Positions 16,760-26,424 are shown, numbered from the stretch's first letter. The stretch is DNA of 64,000 nt from an uncultured Aliarcobacter sp. (GCA_965657055.1 CBFHMY010000002.1:274-64273), one strand, 5' to 3'. The notes: generated from the sequence alone by a model not told the origin. Translations and numbers: made by a program.

Positions 16760-19231
16760 TCAAAAGAATTCAATTGAATTTTTTCCTTGTTTTTTAGCTG
16801 CATACATAGCAGTATCTGCTTGTTTAATAATATTTCTAATACTAACAGAAGAATCGTTAAATAGGGTGATTCCTATACTTGGAGTAGATATATTAACATG
16901 CCCCTCAATATGGGTAATTGCATTTAATGAATCTTTTATTTTTTCTGCAAGATTTAGTATATTTATCTTTGCATTTTCTTTATTATTTCCAATATTATCA
17001 AGTAAAATAATAAATTCATCTCCTCCAATTCTTGCAAGTGTGTCTTCATCTCTTATCACTTCTTTTATTGTTTTAGAAACCATAATAAGTAATGAATCAC
17101 CAATATCATGACCTAAAGTATCATTTACTTCTTTGAAGTTATCTAAATCAATAAATATTAATCCACCTACTATTTTATGCCTAACTACTTTGGTAATTGC
17201 ATGTTCTATTCTATCTAGTAATAATAATCTATTTGGTAAGCCTGTTAAGTTATCATGGCTTGCTTGATATTCTAGAATTTTTTCTTTATCTTTTTGTTTA
17301 GAGATATCAATATATTGACCCAAAAAATGTGTGATTACATTATCATGATTCTTTATTGCTGTAATTGTTGTTCGTAAAGGTATAATCTGACCATCACTTT
17401 TTTTATTATAAACTTCCCCACTCCAAGAACCTTTATTTCTTAAATTCTTCCATAATTGATCTGCAAAATTTTTATCTTGATGGCCTGATTTAAAGATTCT
17501 TGGATTTTTTCCTATAATATCACTTCTTGAATATCCCATAACATTACAAAAAGCATGATTTACTTTTATTATTTTTCCCAATTCATCGGTAATTATCATA
17601 GGTTCACTAGATTCAAAAGCAAAAGAAGTAATCTTTACTTCTCTTTCTTGATTTAATCTATTCTTTTCATAATCAAATTTTTCTAAAATATGAGATAAAT
17701 CACTAACTAATTTATCAAATAACACTTCACCTTCGTAATCAAAAAATTTGTTTTCATTTGAATATATTACAAAAATAGAAACCACTTCACCAAATTTTTT
17801 AATAGGAAAAGCAGCAGCTGATTTTATACTAAATTGTTTTGAATATTTAAAAAATACAGATATGTTATTATCTTCAAAAGATTCAATAATTACATTTGAT
17901 TTAGTACTAATTACTTTACTGATCAAATTATCATTATTTAATTGTCTACTTTCATCAAGTCCTATTAAAAGTAAATCTTTTAATACCCCTTCTTGAGCAT
18001 ATACTTCATCTTTTTTAATAATATCCTCATTTTCGCTTTTATTTTCCATATCGTAAATAAAGCTAAATACCATGCTTGGGTGTTTTGAAATAATTTGATG
18101 TATTTGAGAATATAAATTCTCTTTTGTATTATTTTTTAACAAATACTTATTTGTATCATTAAGTAATTCATATACTTTTTTCTGTTTTTTAAGTTTATCA
18201 AAGTTTGTTTGCTGTCTAAAAATAATATTTTTCAATACAAATAATAAACTAATTAAAGTTATAAAACATATTAATAAAAATAACAAACTTACATTTTGAT
18301 CAATAAATGCTTTTTTTTGAATATTTTTTGTAGTTTCTTCTAGCTTAGCAATTATGATAATACATACTTCATCTAAGTCTTCTATTTTTTGAGTAGAAAT
18401 TTGCCACCATTGATCTAATGTTAATGAATTATTATTAATATTTTCTTCAATATTCATTCTTATTTTATCTATTTTATTTGTTAATTCTTTTGCTACAATT
18501 TCATTATATATATTAAGAATATCACTAGAAGAACTTTTAATAAAGAAATTAATACTCTCTGTTTGAAAAGATTGTATTTTTATCAATTCATTTTTAACTT
18601 TTTCATCAATTTTTCCCTCTTTTAAAATAAAAGAAATTAATGCTCTTTCCATAGCAAAAGATTCTTTATATAGTAAAAAATGATATAAATTTAAAAATTC
18701 TTCATTAAAATTCGATGCAGCTTTGATTGATTTTATTGAAGAAATAGACTCTAGAAGTAAATTATTTATGTCAGAATATTTAGAAATAATATCCATTTTA
18801 TCAATTGTTAAATTTTTTACTTCATCTCTGATTTCATCTAATTCATGAATTTTTCTTTGAAGCTCTTTTTTTACTATTAATATTTCTTTTTGCTCAGGAA
18901 CCTCTAAAATATATATATCTGCATATTTTAAATATTTATTAAAATCAAAATCACTTATCTCTTTTTGTTTTTCTAATTGAAGAGTTAATCTTTCTTGATT
19001 TCCATCATATCTAAGAGATAAATCTCTTTCTATTTGTAAAGAATATATTAAATTTTCTGATATTTTCATATATTGTAAATTATAATTAGTTTTATATATT
19101 TCATCTAGTAGTTTTATTTTATCAAGAACTAAAACTGTACTAAAATATAAAATACCCAATGCAGGAAGGGTAAAAATCATAATAATTTTTAAAAACAATG
19201 TATTTTTAAACACTTTTACCCTTTTCAACAT
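16760..19231 (-). CDS. sensor diguanylate cyclase: NIT-like periplasmic domain, TM, GAF-like, PAS, GGDEF
   Basis: N-terminal TM. NIT-type motifs are NLIYSLQIERDLSLRY and ESFAMERALISF. A second TM follows. PAS: MIITDELGKIIKVNHAF...GKNPRIFKSG. GGDEF: LTGLPNRLLL...DLDNFKEVNDTLGHDIGD...ARIGGDEFIILL. Confidence 0.85.
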   Translation of the reverse strand: MLKRVKVFKNTLFLKIIMIFTLPALGILYFSTVLVLDKIKLLDEIYKTNYNLQYMKISENLIYSLQIERDLSLRYDGNQERLTLQLEKQKEISDFDFNKYLKYADIYILEVPEQKEILIVKKELQRKIHELDEIRDEVKNLTIDKMDIISKYSDINNLLLESISSIKSIKAASNFNEEFLNLYHFLLYKESFAMERALISFILKEGKIDEKVKNELIKIQSFQTESINFFIKSSSSDILNIYNEIVAKELTNKIDKIRMNIEENINNNSLTLDQWWQISTQKIEDLDEVCIIIIAKLEETTKNIQKKAFIDQNVSLLFLLICFITLISLLFVLKNIIFRQQTNFDKLKKQKKVYELLNDTNKYLLKNNTKENLYSQIHQIISKHPSMVFSFIYDMENKSENEDIIKKDEVYAQEGVLKDLLLIGLDESRQLNNDNLISKVISTKSNVIIESFEDNNISVFFKYSKQFSIKSAAAFPIKKFGEVVSIFVIYSNENKFFDYEGEVLFDKLVSDLSHILEKFDYEKNRLNQEREVKITSFAFESSEPMIITDELGKIIKVNHAFCNVMGYSRSDIIGKNPRIFKSGHQDKNFADQLWKNLRNKGSWSGEVYNKKSDGQIIPLRTTITAIKNHDNVITHFLGQYIDISKQKDKEKILEYQASHDNLTGLPNRLLLLDRIEHAITKVVRHKIVGGLIFIDLDNFKEVNDTLGHDIGDSLLIMVSKTIKEVIRDEDTLARIGGDEFIILLDNIGNNKENAKINILNLAEKIKDSLNAITHIEGHVNISTPSIGITLFNDSSVSIRNIIKQADTAMYAAKKQGKNSIEFF

Positions 19232-20605
19232 TTATTTCTCGTAAATTCTATAAAATTTACCTTTTATTTTTGATTTAGACAATTTATCTAGAACATATGC
19301 AATTTTTTCTTTATTTATCGCTACATAAGAAGAAAAATCTAATATATCTATTTTTCCAATATCACTCTTATCTAAACCAATACCAGCTGTTAAAGCACCA
19401 AGAATATCCCCTGCTCTTAACTTATGTTTTTTCCCACCATTTATAAATATAGTTCTTTGTTCTGAATCAATTTTATATGATAAATCATCTTCTATCTTAG
19501 AAACATCTTCTTCTTGAATATCAGGAAATGTATCTTTTATAATATCATATCTATCTAAGTCATTATGAGTGTATAAAGAAACAGCCAAACCACCTTTTCC
19601 AGCTCGTGCAGTTCTTCCAATTCGGTGAGTGTGAATTTTCTCATCTAATGATAAATCATAGTTTATAACTAAATCAACATCATCAATATGTAAGCCACGT
19701 GATGCTACATCTGTTGCTATTAAAATAGGATATGATTTATTTGAAAATAGAATAATTGTTTCATCTCTTTGTTTTTGTTCTAAATCTGAATGAAGTGTTA
19801 AAACATCTAAACCTAAAGCATATAAATCATCAGCTAATTGATCACATTTTATTTTCATATTACAAAAAATTAAAATTGATTTTGCTTTATTTGATGATAT
19901 AATTCCAGGAATTAGTGCTGTTTTATTATCTTCTCTTACTTCATAAAATTTTTGTTTTATATAAACTTTTTCTTCATCTTCAATTTTTACAAGTACTGGA
20001 TCTTTTAATACATTTGAAGCTAGTTTTTCAATATTTTTTTCAAATGTTGCTGAGAATAAAAGTGTCTGTCTTTTTGTTGGTAATGAGCTTATGATTTCCA
20101 TAATATCATCATAAAATCCCATATCTAACATTTTATCAGCTTCATCTAAAACCAAAGAATTAATATTTTCTAAATCAATATTATTTTGCTGTATATGTTT
20201 TAATATACGTCCAGGAGTTCCTACAAGTATATGTGCTTGATGGCTTAATGATAAAACCTGAGGTTTAAAAGGCATTCCTCCACATAAAGTTAAAACTTTC
20301 ATATTATGAACATGTCTTGAAAGCTTTCTTAATTCTTGTGCTATTTGATTTGCAAGTTCTCTAGTGGGTGCTATTATTAAAGATTGTACTCTAAAGTTTT
20401 TAATATCAAGTTTGTTTATTAAAGGAATACAAAAAGCTACAGTTTTACCTGAACCTGTTTTTGCTTGTGCTATTAAATCATGATTTTCTAAGCTTAAAGG
20501 TAAACTTTTTTGTTGAATTGCTGTTGGTTTTGAATAATTTAATGAATCTAAATTTGATAAGAATTCTTTTGATAAATTTAATTGTGAGAATTTTTCTACT
20601 AAAAT
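19232..20605 (-). CDS. dbpA: DEAD-box ATP-dependent RNA helicase with C-terminal DbpA RNA-binding domain; start proposed at ATT 20605 (first ATG is 20302)
   Basis: Downstream part: VLDEADKMLDMGF (DEAD), SAT, HRIGRTARAG, and a DbpA-type tail FINGGKKHKLRAGDILGAL. The upstream in-frame open stretch encodes the Q-motif region YSKPTAIQ, motif I AQAKTGSGKT and motif Ia PTRELA, with no ATG/GTG/TTG. Confidence 0.8.
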   Translation of the reverse strand: MLVEKFSQLNLSKEFLSNLDSLNYSKPTAIQQKSLPLSLENHDLIAQAKTGSGKTVAFCIPLINKLDIKNFRVQSLIIAPTRELANQIAQELRKLSRHVHNMKVLTLCGGMPFKPQVLSLSHQAHILVGTPGRILKHIQQNNIDLENINSLVLDEADKMLDMGFYDDIMEIISSLPTKRQTLLFSATFEKNIEKLASNVLKDPVLVKIEDEEKVYIKQKFYEVREDNKTALIPGIISSNKAKSILIFCNMKIKCDQLADDLYALGLDVLTLHSDLEQKQRDETIILFSNKSYPILIATDVASRGLHIDDVDLVINYDLSLDEKIHTHRIGRTARAGKGGLAVSLYTHNDLDRYDIIKDTFPDIQEEDVSKIEDDLSYKIDSEQRTIFINGGKKHKLRAGDILGALTAGIGLDKSDIGKIDILDFSSYVAINKEKIAYVLDKLSKSKIKGKFYRIYEK

Positions 20606-20672
20606 GATAAAGCCTTTTATAGTTTTCTCTTATTATATCTAAAACTATAAAGTACTTTATCAGAAAATTTAG

Positions 20673-21209
20673 TTATTTTTCTATTTTTTTAAAAACATAA
20701 GAGATTAATAAAACTATTGCTAGAACTATTCCTAATCCTACATATTTAAAATCATCACTTAAACTAAGAATATATTCACCTGCTGAGTAACTTAAGTATC
20801 CAACAATACAAGCCCATAAAATAGTTGCTAATACATTAAAAAAAGCAAATTTTGTAGCTGAATATTTTGTAATACCCATAGCAAGCGGAATTAATGTTTT
20901 TATTCCATAAATATATTTTTGAACAAAAACTACCCAAGAACCATATTTTCTCATCATAAGATGGGCAAGAGCAATTTTTCTTCCATATTTTTTCATCATA
21001 TCTTTTGCATAATTTTTATTTTTTCTAGCTAAAAAGAATAAAAACTGATCCCCTAAAAAGTTAGAAACACCTGCAACTAATATGGATACATAAATATTTA
21101 AATCACCTGCATATGATAAAACTCCAGCAAAAATAAGACCTACAAATCCTCCACCAAATGAGTATAAGAATAATGCAACATATCCCCAGTCTTGGATTAA
21201 TTGTTCCAT
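20673..21209 (-). CDS. DedA family inner-membrane protein
   Basis: 178 aa with multiple TM helices. The G..G......GD...F..G..YG pattern is typical of the DedA/SNARE-associated family. Confidence 0.7.
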   Translation of the reverse strand: MEQLIQDWGYVALFLYSFGGGFVGLIFAGVLSYAGDLNIYVSILVAGVSNFLGDQFLFFLARKNKNYAKDMMKKYGRKIALAHLMMRKYGSWVVFVQKYIYGIKTLIPLAMGITKYSATKFAFFNVLATILWACIVGYLSYSAGEYILSLSDDFKYVGLGIVLAIVLLISYVFKKIEK

Positions 21210-21213
21210 AAAT

Positions 21214-21846
21214 TTAAGCCTTTATTTCAAAAATTTCTAATGCTTCAATAACATCATCATCTTCAATATCAACTAAATTTTCTTTTATATTTTCTTTTGC
21301 TTTGTTTGCTATATATTCTTTTACTTTAGCTCTTACATCATTAATATCATCAATGATTACAAAACCACTAAATTGAATTGTATTATCATAACAAAGTAAT
21401 ACTCCATCACAATTATCTTCTATAAATTCACTAATTTCTCTATAATTAATCTCTAAAGCACTTGCATGCCAACCATAATCTTCTAGAACTTTATCTTCAA
21501 ACATTTCAACACCATCACTTTGATGATCAAAATAAAGCATATTGTCTTTATTCATATCAATAATATTTTGCCAGTTTGAAACAGGTTTAATTTTACAAAC
21601 TGTTCCTAAAATATTTGGTTTATAATCAGCAAATAAATTTGATGCAATTGCTTTTGCATCAAGCATTGATGAAATTTGTTTAGGAGTTATTTGTTTAAAA
21701 ATTACCGCTTTTTTCTTTACATCATTTTCACTAGTGTAAATATTCCCATCAACATCGATGATTATTGGAGTTTTTGAACTATGTAAATTTAAAATTTGTG
21801 TAATATCGATATTAAGTTCTAAATCTTTTATATTTATTTTTTTCAT
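21214..21846 (-). CDS. hypothetical acidic protein
   Basis: 210-aa ORF ending 4 nt upstream of the dedA-like start. No recognisable motif. Confidence 0.5.
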   Translation of the reverse strand: MKKINIKDLELNIDITQILNLHSSKTPIIIDVDGNIYTSENDVKKKAVIFKQITPKQISSMLDAKAIASNLFADYKPNILGTVCKIKPVSNWQNIIDMNKDNMLYFDHQSDGVEMFEDKVLEDYGWHASALEINYREISEFIEDNCDGVLLCYDNTIQFSGFVIIDDINDVRAKVKEYIANKAKENIKENLVDIEDDDVIEALEIFEIKA

Positions 21847-21947
21847 TTTAAAATATCCCTTTAATTTAAGATTGCGCGATTTTATCTAAATATATATTAA
21901 ATATGATATTTTATAAATGAATATGAAAATTATTTATTTTCTATTTT

Positions 21948-21971
21948 CATTTTATTTTTCATTTTATTTTT
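21948..21971. repeat. perfect tandem 12-mer (CATTTTATTTTT x2) within a phased T-tract region
   Basis: Read directly: 21948..21959 equals 21960..21971, flanked by further T-tracts (TATTTATTTTCTATTTT ... TATTTTTATT) in the divergent intergenic region. Confidence 0.7.
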
Positions 21972-22024
21972 TATTTTTATTAAAGAATAATGGAATATAA
22001 TCTATGCAGTAATTCGCAAAAAGG

Positions 22025-23251
22025 TTGTTTTTGATATTTAAAAATTTTTTTTCCTATCTTTTTAAAAAAGCAGAAATAAAAACTCTTTTTTTAATTGATA
22101 TATTAAACATGCAAGATTTAAATGCTATTTATAATTTTGCTAATGGTAATTATATAATTAGCCAACTAAACTCAATTTTAAAAATTGAAACAAAAAGATA
22201 TATAGAAAAAACTTTAAATCGCAAATCTCATATAAAAATCAGAAATACCCATGCTGATGTTTTTGAAATTTTGATTTATGATGACTTAAATATTGAAGAG
22301 ATTATAGGAATTAAAAATCTAATTTATGAAAATATTGTTTCTCATAACTTCAAACTTCTAAATAAAAATTTTCTAATAAATATTGATGTAACAATTGGTT
22401 GTTCAAAAAGTGCTGATGATAGAACAAAGGTTTATGCTGAAAAAGCCTTACATAATGCAAAACAAGATTTCCTTCACTATTCTTATTATGATTCATTTTT
22501 ATATAAAAATGAATTAATAAATGAAGATTTAGTTGAAACTATAAATTATAGTATTGAAAATAATTTAGTAGAGCCATATTTTCAAGGAATTATGGACAAT
22601 AATACAGATAAAATTGTAAAATATGAAGCGTTAATGAGAATATTTGATAAAAATGGAAATATGATTATGCCAAATATTTTTATTCATAAAGCAAAAAAAT
22701 GTAGACTTTATAATAAACTCATGGAAATGTTGTTTGATAAAATTATTATTTACATTTTAAAATATAAAATACATGTAAGTATAAATTTGGATTATATAGA
22801 TATTTTAAATCCACAAATAAAGAAAACTCTTTTAAGAAAAATAAGAGATAATAAAATTGGTTCATATTTAACTTTAGAAATTTTAGAGAGTGAAAAAGTA
22901 TCAAACTTTGATTTAGTAAATAAATTTATTCAAGAAACTAAACAATATGGTGTAAAGATAGCTATTGATGACTTTGGAACGGGATTTTCTAATTATGAAA
23001 ATATTTTAAATTTAGATATTAATTATATTAAAATTGATGGTTCTTTAATTAGAAAAATTGATGAAGCCATATACTTAAATTTAATAAAAAGCATAGTTTC
23101 TTTTTCAAAAGAACAAAATATAAAAATAGTTGCTGAGTTTGTGAGTGATTTAAAAATCTTAAGATACGTAAAAAGTGTTGGAATAGATTATTCACAAGGT
23201 TATCAAATAGGAAAACCCTTGCATATAAATGATATTATCAAAGGAAATTAA
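22025..23251 (+). CDS. c-di-GMP phosphodiesterase: degenerate GGDEF-like N-terminal domain + EAL domain
   Basis: EAL signatures YEALMRI, ILESE, DDFGTGFSNY, IKIDGSLI, AEFV, QGY. The N-terminal FLIDILNMQDLNAIYNFANGNY...HADVFEILIY resembles a GGDEF fold without the GGDEF motif. Confidence 0.8.
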   Translation: MFLIFKNFFSYLFKKAEIKTLFLIDILNMQDLNAIYNFANGNYIISQLNSILKIETKRYIEKTLNRKSHIKIRNTHADVFEILIYDDLNIEEIIGIKNLIYENIVSHNFKLLNKNFLINIDVTIGCSKSADDRTKVYAEKALHNAKQDFLHYSYYDSFLYKNELINEDLVETINYSIENNLVEPYFQGIMDNNTDKIVKYEALMRIFDKNGNMIMPNIFIHKAKKCRLYNKLMEMLFDKIIIYILKYKIHVSINLDYIDILNPQIKKTLLRKIRDNKIGSYLTLEILESEKVSNFDLVNKFIQETKQYGVKIAIDDFGTGFSNYENILNLDINYIKIDGSLIRKIDEAIYLNLIKSIVSFSKEQNIKIVAEFVSDLKILRYVKSVGIDYSQGYQIGKPLHINDIIKGN

Positions 23252-24051
23252 TGAACCAGAAGCTAGAGCAAATAACAAATTTAACTATTAATAATTTATT
23301 AAATAATAAAATAATTCTTCCCTCATCATATTTTGAAAAATTTAATTACTATGCAAAAGAAATAGAAATAAATTTAGATGATATTGATTTTACAAAAGAA
23401 ATAAATAGTTTGATACTTCAAGATTTCAATAAAATTGAAGAGTATATGAAAATTATAATCTCAAGTACTATTAAACTTCAAGATAATGTAAAAGATGCTA
23501 ATAAAGCAATTTTAGAAAAAGATAGCAAATCTTTAGATAATGTTTCTGAAAAAATGATTAATTTAGAAGAAGAAATCAGAAACTTAACAAACCAACTATT
23601 TATTGATGATATAACAGGAATATACAATAGAAAATGGATTTATAGTAAACTCTTAGATGAAAATGCAAACTTTAAAGAAGATGGAATTTGCATACTATTA
23701 GATGTTATTGATTATGATTATATTAAAAAAGAGTATGGTGAATTACTTGCTAATAATTTATTAGCCTTTGCAGTAAATTTTATAAATGAAAAATTAAATG
23801 ATGAAAAATATAATTTTCAAATTGCTAAATATATTGAAAACAAATTCTTTATCTTTATTTTTGATGAAACAAGACAAGAAATTTTAAATAGAATAAAAAA
23901 TCTTGAACAAATTTTATTAAAAACAACACTTAAAAGTAATTCAGGTCTATTAATAAAAGCAAAATATTCTTTTAAATTAAGTTTATTTAAGAAAGATCAA
24001 AATTCAAAAGATATTTTTGAAGTGCTATTAGCTCACAAAAAAGAAGAATAA
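23251..24051 (+). CDS. coiled-coil + degenerate GGDEF-domain protein (predicted catalytically inactive)
   Basis: DDITGIYNRKWIY...LLDVIDYDYIKKEYGELLANNLL is GGDEF-fold-like, but the active-site position reads IENKF instead of GGDEF. The start overlaps the EAL gene stop (TAATG). Confidence 0.7.
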   Translation: MNQKLEQITNLTINNLLNNKIILPSSYFEKFNYYAKEIEINLDDIDFTKEINSLILQDFNKIEEYMKIIISSTIKLQDNVKDANKAILEKDSKSLDNVSEKMINLEEEIRNLTNQLFIDDITGIYNRKWIYSKLLDENANFKEDGICILLDVIDYDYIKKEYGELLANNLLAFAVNFINEKLNDEKYNFQIAKYIENKFFIFIFDETRQEILNRIKNLEQILLKTTLKSNSGLLIKAKYSFKLSLFKKDQNSKDIFEVLLAHKKEE

Positions 24052-24947
24052 AAATTTCTTATCTTTTTTGTAGCTTCATCTATTGTAATTTCTAAAAATT
24101 TAACTTTAGTATTTGCTTTGACTTGAGATAATTTAAAACAATCAATAGGTAACACTGAGCCAATTTTAGGATATCCACCTATTGTTTGTCTATCTTTTAA
24201 AAGTATTATTGGCTGTCCATCAGATGGGATTTGAATTGCTCCAAAGCTTATTCCTTCTGAAATAATTCCATTAACATCACATACTATTGCTTCACCATTT
24301 AATTTACATCCCATTCTATTAAAATCATTACTAACTGTAAAACTATTTGAAAAAAATTTCTCTTTTTCTTTAGTAGAAAATAACTCACTTTGATAAGATA
24401 AAACTACTCTTAAAATCAATTCATCTTCCGTATAAGAGGGGATTAACTCTTTTTTTAATCTAATATTATATGAACAAACTGATTGTTTAAAAGCTAAAAT
24501 ATCACCTTTTTTTAATTTATCACCATTTATTCCACCAAGATTTTCTTTTATAGTTGTACTATTACTTCCAAACTCTTTTTTAATATCAAAGCCACCCAAA
24601 ACTCCTAAATAAACTCTAATGCCTTTTAAAATTTTTCCTATTTTTATAATATCCCCTATTTTTACATTATGTGTTTCCCAACATTGTTTTGGGATATCAT
24701 TTATAAAAAACTCACAAATTGCCCCTGTAATTGCAATTTGAGTAGGTTCATTTACTTTAAATATAACATTTGAAAAAGCTATTTCTAAAATATTTGTTTC
24801 AAAGGAATTACCAAGCATTTTATTTGCACAATAATAAGCATACTCGTCCATAACTCCTGAATTTGTAACTCCAATATCACTGTATCCATAACGCCCTTTA
24901 TCTTGAAGCATTACTAAAATAGGATTATTTATAATTTCTAAACTCAT
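24033..24947 (-). CDS. pxpC: 5-oxoprolinase subunit C (KipA/allophanate hydrolase subunit 2 family)
   Basis: LQDKGRYGY...GV..SG.MD, GAIQIPSDGQPIILLKDRQTIGGYPKIG is the family signature. 4-nt overlap with pxpB. Confidence 0.85.
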   Translation of the reverse strand: MSLEIINNPILVMLQDKGRYGYSDIGVTNSGVMDEYAYYCANKMLGNSFETNILEIAFSNVIFKVNEPTQIAITGAICEFFINDIPKQCWETHNVKIGDIIKIGKILKGIRVYLGVLGGFDIKKEFGSNSTTIKENLGGINGDKLKKGDILAFKQSVCSYNIRLKKELIPSYTEDELILRVVLSYQSELFSTKEKEKFFSNSFTVSNDFNRMGCKLNGEAIVCDVNGIISEGISFGAIQIPSDGQPIILLKDRQTIGGYPKIGSVLPIDCFKLSQVKANTKVKFLEITIDEATKKIRNFYSSFL

Positions 24948-25618
24948 ATCATTCCACCTTGAGATAAGAACTTTTCTTTTGATATGGGATTAAATTTCAC
25001 TTTATGCCCAACACTAAAAGGGGAAAGTTTTTCTAAATTTTTATCAAAAAGTTCCATAGCAGTTCTACCTATAATATTCCAACCTCCTGGACTTTGCTGT
25101 GGATAAACAGCTGTTTGTGAATCAGCAATAGCAACTGAGCCTTTTGGAACACTTTTTCTTGGACTTGAAAGTCTAGGAACTGCAATTTGATTATCAACAC
25201 TAGCTAGAAAAGCAAAGCCAGGAGAAAAACCTATTGCATAAACATCATATGATTTTGAACAATGTATTTCTATAATTTTTTCTATTGAAAGATTAGTTTT
25301 TAAACTCATATCCTCTAAATCTAAACCAACCTCTTTTCCATAATACACATCAATATTTATTATATTTTTTACACTATTATCTTGGTGGTTTAAATCTATA
25401 TTATTTTTTAGTATTTCAACAAAAGAAGAGTAATCATAATTAAAAATATCGTACAAAATATAAATACTTGTATATGAAGGAATAATTTCTTTTATTCCTT
25501 CAATTTTTAAATTCTTTAATGATAAATATGCCTTCTGTACAGTATTTGAAATCTCTTCACTTATTTCATTTCCAAAATAAATAACTAAAGAATCAGCAGA
25601 GGCTATTTTAAAATTCAT
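24944..25618 (-). CDS. pxpB: 5-oxoprolinase subunit B (KipI/allophanate hydrolase subunit 1 family)
   Basis: IPSYTSIYILYD..., GFSPGFAFLA, PRLSSPRKSVPKGSVAIADSQTAVYP..SPGGWNIIGRT. Confidence 0.85.
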   Translation of the reverse strand: MNFKIASADSLVIYFGNEISEEISNTVQKAYLSLKNLKIEGIKEIIPSYTSIYILYDIFNYDYSSFVEILKNNIDLNHQDNSVKNIINIDVYYGKEVGLDLEDMSLKTNLSIEKIIEIHCSKSYDVYAIGFSPGFAFLASVDNQIAVPRLSSPRKSVPKGSVAIADSQTAVYPQQSPGGWNIIGRTAMELFDKNLEKLSPFSVGHKVKFNPISKEKFLSQGGMI

Positions 25619-26352
25619 TCAGAAATTTCCTTTCTTAGTATTTTTATAAATTCTAAAGCATTTTTTGTGTCACCATGCACACAAAGTGCATCAGTTGTTA
25701 AAGACAACTCTTTTCCTGTAACACTGAATAATGTACCTTTTTCTTTTAGATTTTTAACTCTATTTATTACAGCTTCCTCATTATCAAGAATTGCATTACT
25801 TTGAGCTCTTGATACCAAGCTTCCATCATCATTATAATTTCTATCTGCAAATACTTCAAATAATAAAGAAATATTATAAGCTTCAGCAATTGCAGCATAT
25901 TCATCATTTTGTGGACTTGATAAAATCATAAGTTTTATACTTTTATCATAAGATGAAATTGCAGATAATATTGATTTAAATACATTTTCCTTATTCATCA
26001 TATCATGATAAAGTCCACCATGTGGTTTAACATAAGATACATAAGTTTTATGTGCTTTGCAAAATGCACTTAATGCACCCATTTGATATAAAACAAGTGA
26101 ACTTATTTCTTCATCTGTACAAGACATACTTCTTCTTCCAAAACCAACTAAATCTTGATATGAAGGATGTGCACCAATTGTTACATTATTTTTTTTAGCT
26201 AGAAGAACTGATTTATTCATAATAAGCGCATCGCCTGCATGAAATCCACAAGCTAGATTTGCCATATCAATATATGGCATAATTTCTTCATCTAGTCCCA
26301 TTTTCCAAATTCCAAAACTTTCACCCATATCACAATTTAATTTTATACTCAT
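25615..26352 (-). CDS. pxpA: 5-oxoprolinase subunit A (LamB/YcsF family)
   Basis: LNCDMGESFG...ANLACGFHAGD....M......A......IGAHPSYQDL.GFGRR...YVKPHGGLY is the LamB/YcsF signature. Confidence 0.9.
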   Translation of the reverse strand: MSIKLNCDMGESFGIWKMGLDEEIMPYIDMANLACGFHAGDALIMNKSVLLAKKNNVTIGAHPSYQDLVGFGRRSMSCTDEEISSLVLYQMGALSAFCKAHKTYVSYVKPHGGLYHDMMNKENVFKSILSAISSYDKSIKLMILSSPQNDEYAAIAEAYNISLLFEVFADRNYNDDGSLVSRAQSNAILDNEEAVINRVKNLKEKGTLFSVTGKELSLTTDALCVHGDTKNALEFIKILRKEISE

Positions 26353-26400
26353 TTTATATATCCTAATATTTTTATTACTATATCAATATTATAGTTTAGA

Positions 26401-26424
26401 AGTGTGAAATCAGTGAGTTTTTTT
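26401..26424 (-). promoter_or_regulatory. tandem hexamer box (AGTGTG-N5-AGTGAG-T7 on the plus strand) upstream of pxpA
   Basis: AGTGTGAAATCAGTGAGTTTTTTT lies 49-72 nt upstream of the pxpA ATG. A TATAAT follows on the coding strand. Same architecture as the boxes at 29309 and 31580. Confidence 0.6.
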
